A stretch of 64,000 nucleotides of DNA from Monocercomonoides exilis PA203 (Eukaryota > Protista > Preaxostyla): positions 1,364,001-1,428,000 of the forward strand of contig LSRY02000014.1 of NCBI GenBank assembly GCA_001643675.2, given 5' to 3'. Shown here piece by piece: positions 27,626 through 39,734 of this stretch. The notes under the pieces were generated by a model, which saw nothing but the letters and a program-made list of their open reading frames with translations, did no database searches and had not been told where the DNA came from. Within the stretch, counting starts at the first letter, position 1, and the number at the start of each line of letters is the position of its first letter. The position numbers were made by a program, and so were the translations under genes.

Positions 27626-27811
27626 CTAGTTCTTCCTTTCTGGATTAGATTCATTAACGAATGTATACAATACAACAAGTCCGAGCCCAAGAACAACAAG
27701 AACTTTCGAAAGCAATTCAACCTTAAAGCATTAAAATTGAAAATAATTGAAAATAACAATTTGAAATCATGTGAAATATCTTATTTAACACACCTGATTA
27801 TCTGTAATCAT
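27626..27811 (-). CDS. OST4: Oligosaccharyltransferase subunit OST4 (37 aa, 2 exons)
   Basis: Exon 27811-27794 plus exon 27721-27626 (GT-AG intron 27722-27793) gives MITDNQVELLSKVLVVLGLGLVVLYTFVNESNPERKN*. This matches the OST4 pattern MITDxQL...LVVLYHYV..N.P and its length. Confidence 0.85.
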
Positions 27812-28258
27812 TTATAAAAACAGTTTAAGGTATTGATGATCATAATTGATCTTTTAAGAAGATTTTTTTAAAAACCTCAATATTTTCACATATAAAGCAA
27901 GTTTAATTAAAATGCACAAATAATATTTGTTTTTGAAGAAATTATCACTTTTTTTAAAAGAAACTGTTCATTTTTCAAAAGCAAAATAGTGTCAAAGTTG
28001 AGTTTGTTATCGAAGAAAAAGAGTTGAATAAGTTAATTTGGATATTAAGTGAAATAATTAAAAAAACATTCACTGACAGTTTAAAAAAAAAATATTCAGA
28101 AATAAAGTTTTTTTTAGGAAGGAAATGTGTTTTAATTTTCGAATTTTTTTTTAAGTGAAATTTTCTTTATCATTTTTTTTTTTTAAAAAAAGAAAGAAAG
28201 AAAACTTTCAGCCAAATGACAAAAACTGATATGATTAGTATGAACAAGAAAGAATATG

Positions 28259-28300
<42 letters not shown>

Positions 28301-28526
28301 TTTTGTTTGGCATTTTGTCAGTAACTCAAAATACAAAATAAAAAAATTAGAAAATAAAAATACTCAAAGTTTAAAAACATAAGTGTTGATTAAAAAAATT
28401 TTTTAAAAGAGGAGTAATTATATATATGCTAACTCATAAGCGTTTGAATGTCTACACTTTGATGAACTTACTAAAGTATTTTTAACTTAGTAAAGAAAAA
28501 AGATTAGGATGTGAGATATTTATCAC

Positions 28527-29309
28527 ATGTCAGAGAATAAATCTCTTTTCGATCTGAAAGGCAAATTTGCAATTGTTACGGGTGCATCATCCGGACTAGG
28601 AGTTCAGTTTGCTCATGCATTGGTCAGACAAGGAGCTGCTGTTGCACTTTTTGCACGTAGAGAAGAGAAATTGGATAAAGTGGTGGTAGATCTCGAAAAA
28701 ATGGGTGGACGTGCAATTGCTATTCAATGCGATGTATCTAATCCAGAGCAAGTGGATGCAGCAGTGAAGCAGGCTCACGATGCATTTGGTCGTATTGATA
28801 TTCTTGTGAATAATGCTGGAATCATAAAAGATGTTCCTGCAGAATCAACAAAAACTGAAGATTGGAAAGCTGTTATTGACACAAATGTAAATGGTACGTT
28901 TTATGTTGCGAGAGCAGTCGCAAAATACATGATTGAACAGAAATATGGAAAAATCATCAACACTGGTTCCATTCATAGTTCAGTAGCAATCCACCCAGAA
29001 GTGCAGCATATGTCTGCGTATGCTACATCAAAAGGAGGAATTCATTTGATGACAAGAGCTCTTGCTGCGGAATGGGCCAAATATAATATAACAGTTAATG
29101 CAATTGGTCCAGGCTGCTTTCCTTCGGAAATGACCGAGGATGCACTTGAAGAAAGTGAATATAGAAAGTTTATAGAAAACCGTGTACCAATGAAAAGACA
29201 TGGTCGTGATGGAGAACTTGATGGTGCCTTGATTTATTTCGCATCAGACGCATCAACTTATACAACTGGACAATTATTAAAAGTTGATGGGGGTTGGACG
29301 TCCATTTAA
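28527..29309 (+). CDS. Short-chain dehydrogenase/reductase (gluconate 5-dehydrogenase/FabG-like), intronless
   Basis: It contains TGASSGLG, NNAG, the catalytic S...YATSK, VNAIGPG and YTTGQLLKVDGG motifs in a complete 260-aa single-exon ORF. Confidence 0.92.
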   Translation: MSENKSLFDLKGKFAIVTGASSGLGVQFAHALVRQGAAVALFARREEKLDKVVVDLEKMGGRAIAIQCDVSNPEQVDAAVKQAHDAFGRIDILVNNAGIIKDVPAESTKTEDWKAVIDTNVNGTFYVARAVAKYMIEQKYGKIINTGSIHSSVAIHPEVQHMSAYATSKGGIHLMTRALAAEWAKYNITVNAIGPGCFPSEMTEDALEESEYRKFIENRVPMKRHGRDGELDGALIYFASDASTYTTGQLLKVDGGWTSI

Positions 29310-29546
29310 AGTTGAATGAAAAAAACGAGATTTAACTTTTTTTATTCACAATTTTGAGGTTATGTTAATTGTGTTTGTATTCTGTTATATTATCCATTTA
29401 CGAATTTTATTTTGTGAATTTTCATGATCTTTACGTCAGCAATATTTCAAAACAACAAAATACGCTGATTCTGTATTCAAAAAAACCTGACCATTTTTTT
29501 GAAAATGAAATTCAAGAAATAAATAAGATCTATTACATAATCTGAA

Positions 29547-31198
29547 ATGGAAGCTCTAAGTTTTGTTTCCATCATCGAAAAAGACAAGCACGACACAATT
29601 ACTACATCATGGTTTGCATATCTTTAAAGAGCGTTTTTGAAATTTTATTTTATTTTGGACAATTACTTTTATATTTTGCGCTGAAAACTTTTTCATTTTT
29701 TTCATCATTGCATTCTTTCTGCTATCATTTAAAACATAATTCTGGACTTTAGGGTGTACCCAGGGTTTCCTGCAGAATATAATCAAGTTTTAATAAATCG
29801 TGGACAGTTTCAGGGAACGATTGACCCTCCATTGATTTTCTCTCGTTATGCTGGACTTTGGCACTACACATATACTTTTAATGTTGGATCAGAATCTTTG
29901 GACATTATGGATACGAGCTTGATTAGATTTACAACTGTTGCTTCTGTTACAGTTGGAAGTAAGGTTTGAAAATGAAATTTTAAAAAGACATTAGGTGAAC
30001 AATTTTGTTCGTTGATATTTAGCATTTCTATCCAGAAAGATATTTCCCAATCGTTAAATTGCTTGCACAAATGTATTTGGATGAAAAAGGAAGGCCACTA
30101 AAAATACTTCAATCGTTTGAAATTGTGAATATTTCTATATTTAGCCACATATTTTTCTTTTTTTTTCAGAGTTCTTAACCTGGCATCTGAAGGAACGATC
30201 ACATTCAGAGATCAAGAAGTGACACCGCCTTCGTTTGACGAAGAGAAAAAATCACTTTTGAAAACACCATTAACTGGTATGAAATAGAGCTTTTAATTAT
30301 GAAGAATGTTTACTATTATTTATTGCACACAATGCAGATGTCACTGACATGTTTGGAGTACAAAGTATACTTCTTTGGCATGCGTTGCTGACAAAGAGAA
30401 GTGTTCTTGTTAAAAGTGATAACTTAGGAAAACTTCTGAACCTTATCAGAGCTTTTCCTCTGTTTGTGTTTCACAGACAAGACTGGACAATGCTGCGTCC
30501 ATTTATCACAGCTCAGTTTGCTTCTACAAGATTTTATAAGCTTATTCAATCACTTAAACAAATTTTGTTCTGTTTTATTCAATAATGTTCTGTTCTGTTC
30601 TTATTTTTTAAAATTTTAAACTTTTTTTCATTTTCGTTCCAGCGACACTGAACTGCAAGACCTTTCATTCCGAAAGAGAACATCTGCAGACGATGTAGAA
30701 GGAGGAGCCGGCGATGACGATGAAGACGAGAAAAGCTCTTCTTCTTCCTCGTCTTCGAAGAAGTCGAAAGGGAAGAAAGGGCGCCACTCTAATGAAACAC
30801 GACACACAGGTGTTGTATGCGGCACGTGTGATTCAGCTGTAGAAGCGCTGGGCGTGTGGGATGTGATAGCAGACATGGAGACGGGCAAAGTGACTGTGAG
30901 GGAGGCGTCTGAAGATCGCGACGACGACAGCGAGGTGCCCTTGGTCGGCCCAGTGTTTGAGATGACTCCCTTCCACAAGGAGGCCGCGGCGATTGTGAAG
31001 AAGTCGCAGAGTCAGAAGGAGCTGGTGACGGGGCTGACGAACTTGACGGTGAAGTTGACTGAGAGGGTGTCTGAGATTAAAGAAGAACTGGAAGGGAAGC
31101 CGATTACACCGAACAATGTGAAGGAGCTGCTGGGAGCTGCTTCGATGGCGACGTGCAGGTTTTTGGTTGATTTGTACAAAGCAGAAACGTCAAACTGA
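29547..31198 (+). CDS. DENND10: DENN domain protein 10 / FAM45-like (multi-exon)
   Basis: MEALSFVSIIEKDKHDTITTSW|VYPG...FSRYAGLWHY...FGVQSILLWHALLTKRSVLV...AFPLFVFHRQDWTMLRPF...FEMTPFHKE matches the FAM45 motifs IEKD...WxYP, HRQDWxxL and MxxxHKE. Confidence 0.8.
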
Positions 31199-31724
31199 AT
31201 GCGCAGTGGAGCGTTTTTGAGAGTCACGTCAGAAAGTTAATTTTTTTAAGTTTTATTTTGTTGGGTGTATTTTTATTATTATTATTATTTTATTTATTTA
31301 TTTTGTAGAATGAACATAATTCGAAAATTGAAAATTAAAGAAAAGAGAAATTTTTGAAGAATTCGAGTGTGTGCAAATGAATTTGAATGCAAGTCACATC
31401 TTTTTCCCAACTGTTTTTAATTATTTTAATTACAATTGTTACACAATTTAATACAATCAATTCACAAACTAACATTGTTCAGTCTTGCCGCAATTATTGC
31501 ATAAATAAGTTACATGTTATAAAAGGGAAAAAAAAATCAACAAACGAACAAATAAAAAACAGTTTACAAAAAAGAATTGTAAAAAAAATGAGAAAGAATT
31601 CCTGTACCCTCCCTCTTCCTCCCACTTCCGATTTGCAAACATGCATTTATAACACTCTATGCAAACACAAAAATTTTGTACTCTCCCTCTCTCATCTCCT
31701 CCAAAACAACAAGAATAATAACAA

Positions 31725-34700
31725 CTAAAACACAGTGTCACTCATTTCCGATTTCAGAAGATCGTATTTCTCTCTCCATTCCGGCTGTGCCATTTTTGCA
31801 GAAATCACTTTCTCAAAGGCAGGATGATTCGCAATCTTTCCCACACGCTCCATCGTCATCACCAGCCGCAGCACATTCTTGTCGCTTTCTGCTCTTGTCC
31901 TGACATCGTCTTCGTCTTCGTTCTTCTTCCGCTTCATCTCCAGCACATCGTCCATCGCCTTCACTATCGCATCCATATTCGCCATCACTGCTTCCACATG
32001 TGTCGTGCACATCACGCCAACAATCGAGAACATCCTTTTTTTCACATCTCCGTCTTTCTCCTTGTCAAACCCTTCAACCAGATGCTGCATCACGCTCCAC
32101 CCATCAATTACTCGGCTCATCTTCTCCAGAATTATCTCCACTGCATCGTACCCAGCCAGCCGCGAGGGTAAACCTTCATCGACAATCAACGACTGCCCAA
32201 ACACCTTCTGTTCTTTTCTGAGAGACGGGTCGAACACAAGAAGAGAAAGAAGGCCCACACAATACGGCCGCAAGATCGATCTGCCAATGTGTGGACGATG
32301 AAGCACGATCATCTTCACCAGCACAGCTGCTTCCTTTTGCACAGACAGATCTTCGTCCAGCAGAAGGCGCAGGAACGAGCCCAAATACTGAGACAGCAGC
32401 GCCTCAAAGCGCTCGGTGGGGCTCATCGACAGCAGCTCATACGAAGCTGAGGAGGAAGTGCCAGTCAGACCAGGCATTCCAGAAAACGAGGTGGAAGTTG
32501 AGCTCAGCGAAGGGATGAATGCCAGCGTGCCTGCAGAGGAAGAAGAGGAAGAGAGAAGAGTTGGCGCAGACTGAAGTGAAGATGTGTTTGTCATGTTCAC
32601 CACTGACGAGATGTCCATCGCTATCACACGCTGCATGGCTTCCAGAACACCAGCACGTGTCAGTGGTGCTACTGGAGCAGCTTGCTGTTCGGTGTGTTGG
32701 GCAGATTTCTTGCTTGATTTTGGCTCTGGACCCAAATCTGTGACACTGGCTGGGTCAAATACAGATGACAATCGTCTCGGCTTGTCATCCATTTTGACAG
32801 TGAAATTTCTCTTTTTCGTAGAATTTCTATCAGCACTTGCTTTTGTTTGGGATTTTCTCATTCTTCTGCCACCTTCTTTTTTTGTCTCAACAATCTCTGT
32901 GACGTCAATCACTTCGTCACCTGAATCGCTCTCTTGCTCGTTCGCTTTGAGCGTGCGGAGCGGCGTGTTCGCAATCAGTCTGGCGAGGCGCGGCATGATA
33001 ATCTCAGGCGAAGAGGCGCACAGACGTGCAATGGATGTGATGGCAGCATCGCGAACAGACTGCACGTCTGATGAGAGGACACCCGAAAGCAGCGTGAAGA
33101 ACTGCTCCAAATGGGCAGACACACCGTCCATTGCAGCACGAGAGTCAGATGGAGATGGCGCACTTTCGTTCGCGTCGTCCTCCATTCGGGTCTTGTCTGC
33201 ATTGTCAAACGATACCTCCAAGTCCATTTCTTCCTCAATGTCACATGCAAATGTTCGGTCTTCGCCCATTTTCACGAGAAACTCACTGACAACCATCAAA
33301 TACAGCATCTGCTGGTCTCCCTTCTCCCCTGCTCGTTCCAGCAGCTGTGTCACAAAGTTTGCAGGTGCTCCAACTGCAATCGACCCCAAACACGACGCTG
33401 CCATCAAAGAGATATCAACAGCTCCTCCAGATGTGTTTTCTTCGTCTCTCTTCTGAGTCATCACCTCTTCAATTTTGTGAATTAGCCCAGGAATCTGCTT
33501 GGAAATATCCTTTTCTTGTCCAATAGCTGCAAAAAATAGCAGAGAAAACACAGCGCGAGGCAGAATTGTGAATGTTATTGGAGACCCAAACGCACTCGAT
33601 GAAGATGCAGGCGAAGGAGAAGGAGAAGGTGAAGAGCTCACATTCTCTGTCATTGGATGCTTTCCTGAGCCATTGTGTTCACTGCCTGAATAACTCGGAG
33701 GAGATGCCATGCTCCTCTGTCTTCTCAGCATGTTCATTGCAGCGCCAGCTGCAGACGGAGACAGCGCTAACAGAGGGACAGGCGACCCGCCGTCTTCTTT
33801 GAGAACAGAAGGAATATCTTCGCTCTGCTCGTCCAGCCACCCAAGAAGCTTTGCAAATAGCTCTTTTTGCTTCTCTTTTTTCTCTCTCACAACAAGCCTC
33901 GCCAGCACATTCGCAGCAGTCTTCCAGCATTCGATGTCGATTGGTTGAGGCTGAGCCACAAACAGCACTTCTTCAATCTGCTTATCAAGCAGCTCTGCTT
34001 TTCTTTTCTCGCCTTCTTCGACTCCTTTCTCCTTTTCTGCCTGAAGCTGCCCGGCCCGCACAATCGCCAGGCGGAGCTTGGCAACAGAATCAGACTCACC
34101 CGACGGGAAATGCGAATTGAACATCATCGCGTCGAGATGCATCTGGCCAAGTGACAAGAAAAGAGGGAGAGAAGAAGGGAGAGAGGACAAGATGACCGCC
34201 AGTGTGGATGCTACAGACGGAGAAAAGCGGAGGTTTGAGTCACAAAGAAGAGGAGAGAGCGACTCAAAGACATCTGTGAGTGATTTATTAGACAGGATCT
34301 GCGCAACAGACGGGACAGAAAACAAGAGAAAGATGCTGTTGAGTGCAGTCAACGCAAGCTGCGGGTTGTGCCTTCTCCGCACACAAGAACACAGCTCGCT
34401 GCAGAGGTTGTCCAGCGACGCTGTCAGCTCCTTCGAGTTGTTTGCGCTAATCCATTCTGAAATGTCTCTGTTCGCAAACACCTGTGAAGCAGCATTGGCT
34501 GCCTGGTTTCTCAGCGTCTCTGTGGACATCCGGTCGGCGATGGTTTTGATGACCGACGGGACGATTTGCGTCCGCTCGGGCAAAAACGCGAAGCAGCGGG
34601 AGAGGATAATTCCCAATGACAGAAGCGCGCTTTGCTTCACCTGCTGCTCAGCCAGCACAGCCTTCGTGAAGATGTCCATGCACATCCCCAGCAGCTCTTG

Positions 34701-37476
34701 TGCGTGCTGCATCACACGGTTCGGATGGTACTCCTTTCCCAAGCCAGTTCCGCTGCTCAGCTTCAGCAGGCTCTCTTCCTCTGTAGAGAAAGAGGCAGCT
34801 CCAGAAGTCGCTGCGATGACAAGATCACCCGCCAGCTTCAGCCCTTTCGCCTGTATCGTCCCGTCGGTGTGGCCAACCGCATAGCGGATCATCAAAACGA
34901 TGCCGAATGATACTCTTTCGATCTTCTTTGGAGAATGGCTCTGCAAAAGCGCAGAAATCAGATCAAACGCGGCTGTGCTCAGCTGCGGGTTGATCGTTTC
35001 TTCGCTGCCGAATGCAAACGGATAGCGACATTCAAACACAAGTTTCTTCAGAACGGCTGTGGGGAGTCCGCAGGCATTAAACTTCTTTCCTTTATTTTTA
35101 TTTTTATTTTTATTTTTTTGGTTTTTGCTTTTATTTTTGTATTTGCCGGCACTCCATTTTTTGATTGCAAAGTTCAGTGCGCATAAGACACGTAGAATAA
35201 ACGCACGGGTTTCGGCATTTGGACAGCGGAGCCTCGAAACAAGGGCATCAATCAGAGGAAGTAGCTGTTCTTGGAGAAGGGGCGTGCTAAGCAGAAGGAA
35301 AGATTTTGCAATATATCAATGGAATGATAGAAAAGGAGAAAGAAATTTACGTTAGCAAGTTAAAATAAATAGAATCATTAAAACAAAAATGAGCAATAAA
35401 CAAGTTAAAAAGGGAAAAATTCGCAAAAATAAATCATCAAACAACATTCCGGAAAAAATAAAAGTGTAAAGTTAAAAGCAATCTCTTCTTCTTCTTCTTC
35501 TTCTTCTTCTTCTTCTTTAAATAATTTATTTTTTTCCCCTCAATCAGTTTCATACCAGTCAGTGCGAGGGTTCGTTGAGTATTCTTCTGTCTGGCTGATG
35601 ATCAGCAGAAACACCTTCAGCAGCTGCTGCAGCGTCTCGTCTGTGTGCTCTTTGATCCGCTTCATCAGCCTGCCGAAGATTTCTCTGTAAATTCTGTGAA
35701 GGCTGACAATTTCTTCATTCACTATGATTTCAATCGCATTCAGCGCTTCTCTTCTGATCCTCCACGAAATATCGTCTGGATCTTCGTCTTCTTCCTCTTC
35801 TTCATACACAATTTCCTCATCCTCTCCTTCCTCTTCCTCTTCTTTCTCCTCCTCTTCTTCTTCCTCTTCTTCTTCACTCTGTGAAGTCAAGCCAGCTGAA
35901 CCAGCATCACCTTCTTCTTCTCCATCTGTGTCTGCTTCTGTCGCATCTTTTTCTTCTTCAATGTCCATTTTTGACAGATCTTCTTCAGAATTGCTGCCTC
36001 TCAGCTGCTTTTCTATGAGATCATTGTCATTTATTTCTTCTTCTTCCTCTTCTTCTTCCTCTTCCTCATCATCTTCTTCTTCTCCATAAACAGGATCAAA
36101 AGAAAGCGACATAACAACCACTGATAATATTCCTTCCACCCATTTTTTCCTGTTCTCCTCGTTTGTTTTCTCATTCTCCTTCGCCGACGCGCTTCCGTCC
36201 TCAACTTTATTCGCTCCAATTCCAGTGAATCTTTTTCTCTTCCCGATGATGTGCAAAATCGCATTCAGCGCCTCTAAGCAGTGGAGTCGCACTTCTTCTG
36301 ATTGCTGCCCTTCCCCCAAGCTCGGAATGACTGTCACAAACGTCTCTACAAGCCGCGACACAAACGGCTCGACAATTGCGCCTGCGCTTGTCCTGTAGAA
36401 ATAAATGTTGCGTTGTTTTTGCATATTTCGGAAAATAGGATCGTTTGAAACAGATTTTTTTCAAAAAAAAAAATATGTGTACATGTGCATTTTGGGGGGG
36501 GAAAAAAACACGTATGTAACAATTTAATCGAAATTAACAATGTTATAAAATAAAAATAATTTTTTTCAAACGTAATGTTGGCAATAAGTTTTATTTTAAT
36601 TAACGGTAGATGATTCTTGTCAGATGCTTTGATAGCTTCTGTATTCTGTTCAATAACACTTTTGAGCAAATGGGTGTGAAGATGCGGCGCTAGTGCAAAT
36701 ATTGCTTGAAGCGCCTTCTTTTTAGTATTTTGTGAAGAGCTTTCCAAACATGCTAAAAGTTCTTTCACAAGAACATCTTGAGCATTTCCTAAATTGCCTC
36801 CAAATCTTCTTGAAAAATCTGCAAGCAAATCCAAACAATATATTTCCGTTTGCTCTTGCTTTAATTGTGCGATTAAAGGTTTAAACAAAGTGTTTACAAT
36901 TATTTTCGTGGAATGTTGATGACTTTGATCAATAACAATTTTAAGAGCCGCTGCGCCTATTGGACGTCTTTCTGGTGTTACTGCATTTAAAGCATTTAAA
37001 TAGCTTTCCATGACCTGTTTGAGTACTTCATCTTGCAATCCAAGAGCAACAAGCCGCCCCAAACTAAAGTCAAATAATCGTTCAAATAGTGGAAAATATG
37101 CATACAAACCAATCGTATTAAAAACATAAAGCATATATAATAAAAATACCAGTTGAAAGATACAGATTGAACGGTACTTGCTTGCTGACCTCTTTCAACA
37201 ACCGCAAGAGTCTTCGTAACAAAAAATTGCTTAAATCACAAAAGAAAAATCATATAATGCAACTACAAACAATAGATTCCTCATATCCATTAAGATGAAA
37301 ATCTTTTTGATCCATTAGCTTTTGTAAATCTATCAATCCTTGCTCCTGAATGTCAGGATCAACATTCTTTATTCGATCTCAAAATAAACATCATAAAAAA
37401 ACAAACAAAATGTAATAAAGCAACATGAAATACATTTCAAACCAAGTGTAACCCGAAGAGAGCCAGACAAATTCAT
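31725..37476 (-). CDS. CAND1: Cullin-associated NEDD8-dissociated protein 1 (TIP120), HEAT-repeat (multi-exon)
   Basis: The N-terminus reads DRIKNVDPDIQEQGLIDL. An acidic loop is followed by DPDDISWRIRREAL (CAND1 DDxSWKVRRAA), and the C-terminus has IVDEGLPSRLAGYD (CAND1 VDDGLxxRKAAFE). ORFs 36346-37134, 35540-36424 and 31725-35039 are separated by AT-rich introns. Confidence 0.85.
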
Positions 37477-38153
37477 TCTTTAAAATTATTTACGTTTGAA
37501 TAATAAATAAAATTAGGGGATGACACCACTGAATATGAAACTCAAAAAATTGCACATTGCAAACAACACAAACAACCAACAATGTGTATTTAATAATTTA
37601 AAGCTCCCACTGACATGATAAGTTATTGGAAAAGAAAATAATTCAATAAATGAAAGCGTATTTTTTGTTAAGTTTCTTGCACAATTTACAACAAAAAGAC
37701 TAACCCAGATATCTTTGATGCTCAATTTCAATATGTGAAAGTATTGTTGGAGGTTTATCTATAGTTTTCTTTTATTTTCTTTCTTTCTTTCTTTTTCTTT
37801 TTCTTTTTCTTTTTTTAATTTTTTGTTTTTTTTTTTTTTTTTTTTTTTTTTTGGTGAATCAATTGAAAATGTTTGCTCAGAAATGATGATTTTCCATTTC
37901 ATTGTAATTTGTTTATATTCTTCAACTTGAAAAACAAGAATTCTTCTTTTCGTTGAAGAAAAATATCTTATGTGTGAAAGGCGAATGAAACTGTTTTTTT
38001 AAAAAAATTAAATTTTTGCTTTGAAACGGAATTAATTGCAATTATAATTTGTTTTCAATTTTATTACAAATGTTTCACATTTCAAAATTATTTGCTACGG
38101 ATAGATGTGATGTGGACAAATATGTATTTCGATTATTTATTGTGATTTCAGTT

Positions 38154-38240
38154 TCAATTCGCAATGGAGCGAATCTACAAACGCAAGGAGCAGGTTTGCT
38201 CCTCAATAATGAGTGTTATTATAAATTATGGGTGGTTATT
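38154..38240. repeat. DIRS left inverted terminal repeat
   Basis: AAACGCAAGGAGCAGGTTTGCTCCTCAATAATGAGTGTT...ATGGGTGGTT is an imperfect inverse of 44151-44215. Confidence 0.85.
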
Positions 38241-38294
38241 GATCAAACTTCTCCAATAACAGAACTTCTTTGCATACCATTGTCCGCTTTTTAA

Positions 38295-39524
38295 ATGACG
38301 CAAGATACGGTTGGAGTACCTAATAGCGACGGCGAAGATAGAAGTTTTGATTTGATGCACAGGCTTTCAAGTGTAGAAGACATGATTGAAGAAATCACAA
38401 GAAGCCAAACACTGTCAATGCAGTCTGGAGCTACGGGGATACTGCCAATGAGAAAGGTGAAGAGGGAACGAGCTAGGAGAAGAAGCAGATCGAGATCGAG
38501 CGAGTCGGAGTCGGATGCAGAATTTGGTGATCTGATCGCGAGAGGGAAACAAGGAAAGCGTGAGAGACTACGTCGTTCATATAGTCGAGTGATGAGACGG
38601 GAAGATGAAGAAGATAGCGAATGGGATTCTGAAGAGCTGGGAGCGCTGCGAGAGAAAGAAGGAACAGAAGACTTCACAAGAATTTTTCCCCGGGAGTGGT
38701 TGACACCCCGGAGACAAGCGAGCGAGTTGAGGAAATTCTTCGAGTTCTGTAAGGCGGGATCCTTACGAATGAATGAGGACATATTGAAAACCTTTATTTT
38801 GGAGAGCGAGAAGGAATTTTTCACGGGACTCACAAATACAAGCTGGAACGCGCTAACGAGAACAGCTATTACAACAATGGGGAGAAGAGATTCACAAGAA
38901 GCGAGCCGAGCAATTGAAATCCTCCAGCCTGCCCAAGAATCGGGCTTTGAAGCAGCGAAAGCGATCGCCGCCCTCACGGTGAAGGAATTGGAGAAAACGC
39001 ACCTCATGGGAGAGGAGAAGGAACGACTGAGAGGATTGTTTTGCGCATACGCGCTTATCGCCGACTGTATCAGCAGAATTAACTTGTTGAAAGTTATTCC
39101 TCAATCGAGCTGGGAAAGCGCGAAAGGCTTTTTAGAAGGAGGAATGGCTAAGGAAGTGCCGGAGAACCTGAGAAAACTGGTGGAGAGCACTAGCTTTTTT
39201 CAAACAGAGGGAGATGCAGCAGGATACGGTGCATCTCACGACTCCACAACAGGTTTCGGGCCCACAACAGCCAGAGGGGGACTCCCGAGAAGATACAGTT
39301 CGGGAAGGAGCACCCAAGGATTTGTATACAGACAGCTCCAGAGAAGAGGATATGGCAGGAGCTTCACAGACTTCAAAGGAAAGAAGAGAACACCCCAGTT
39401 CCAGGCCCAGTTTGTTCCAACCGTCGCTGGGAGGCCAGCCCCTATCATTGGACCATTGCCCCCAGCCTCCTCAAGGACCCAAGGAGGGACAGCTGTGGAA
39501 TCAACAATTGGATTCAACAAATAG
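38295..39524 (+). CDS. DIRS ORF1, gag-like protein
   Basis: This is an intact 409-aa first ORF directly after the left ITR, with basic/RS-rich and Arg/Gly-rich segments. The assignment is positional. Confidence 0.65.
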   Translation: MTQDTVGVPNSDGEDRSFDLMHRLSSVEDMIEEITRSQTLSMQSGATGILPMRKVKRERARRRSRSRSSESESDAEFGDLIARGKQGKRERLRRSYSRVMRREDEEDSEWDSEELGALREKEGTEDFTRIFPREWLTPRRQASELRKFFEFCKAGSLRMNEDILKTFILESEKEFFTGLTNTSWNALTRTAITTMGRRDSQEASRAIEILQPAQESGFEAAKAIAALTVKELEKTHLMGEEKERLRGLFCAYALIADCISRINLLKVIPQSSWESAKGFLEGGMAKEVPENLRKLVESTSFFQTEGDAAGYGASHDSTTGFGPTTARGGLPRRYSSGRSTQGFVYRQLQRRGYGRSFTDFKGKKRTPQFQAQFVPTVAGRPAPIIGPLPPASSRTQGGTAVESTIGFNK

Positions 39525-39734
39525 TTGCAGGAGTAGAGAGGAAGAGAGGAGAGAGAGAAGAGAAAGAAGAGAGAGCCGCGCTTTGCTGCGGGACCGAGAA
39601 AGAGAAGAGAAAGAATCAAATTACAACGAAATGAATTTTCAACAAGAAACAGTAGCTCCGGGCGAGACGCGATCAGAGACGGAAATGCAGAAACAACAGA
39701 TGAACATCACAGAAACTCTGAGCTCGTTAGACCA

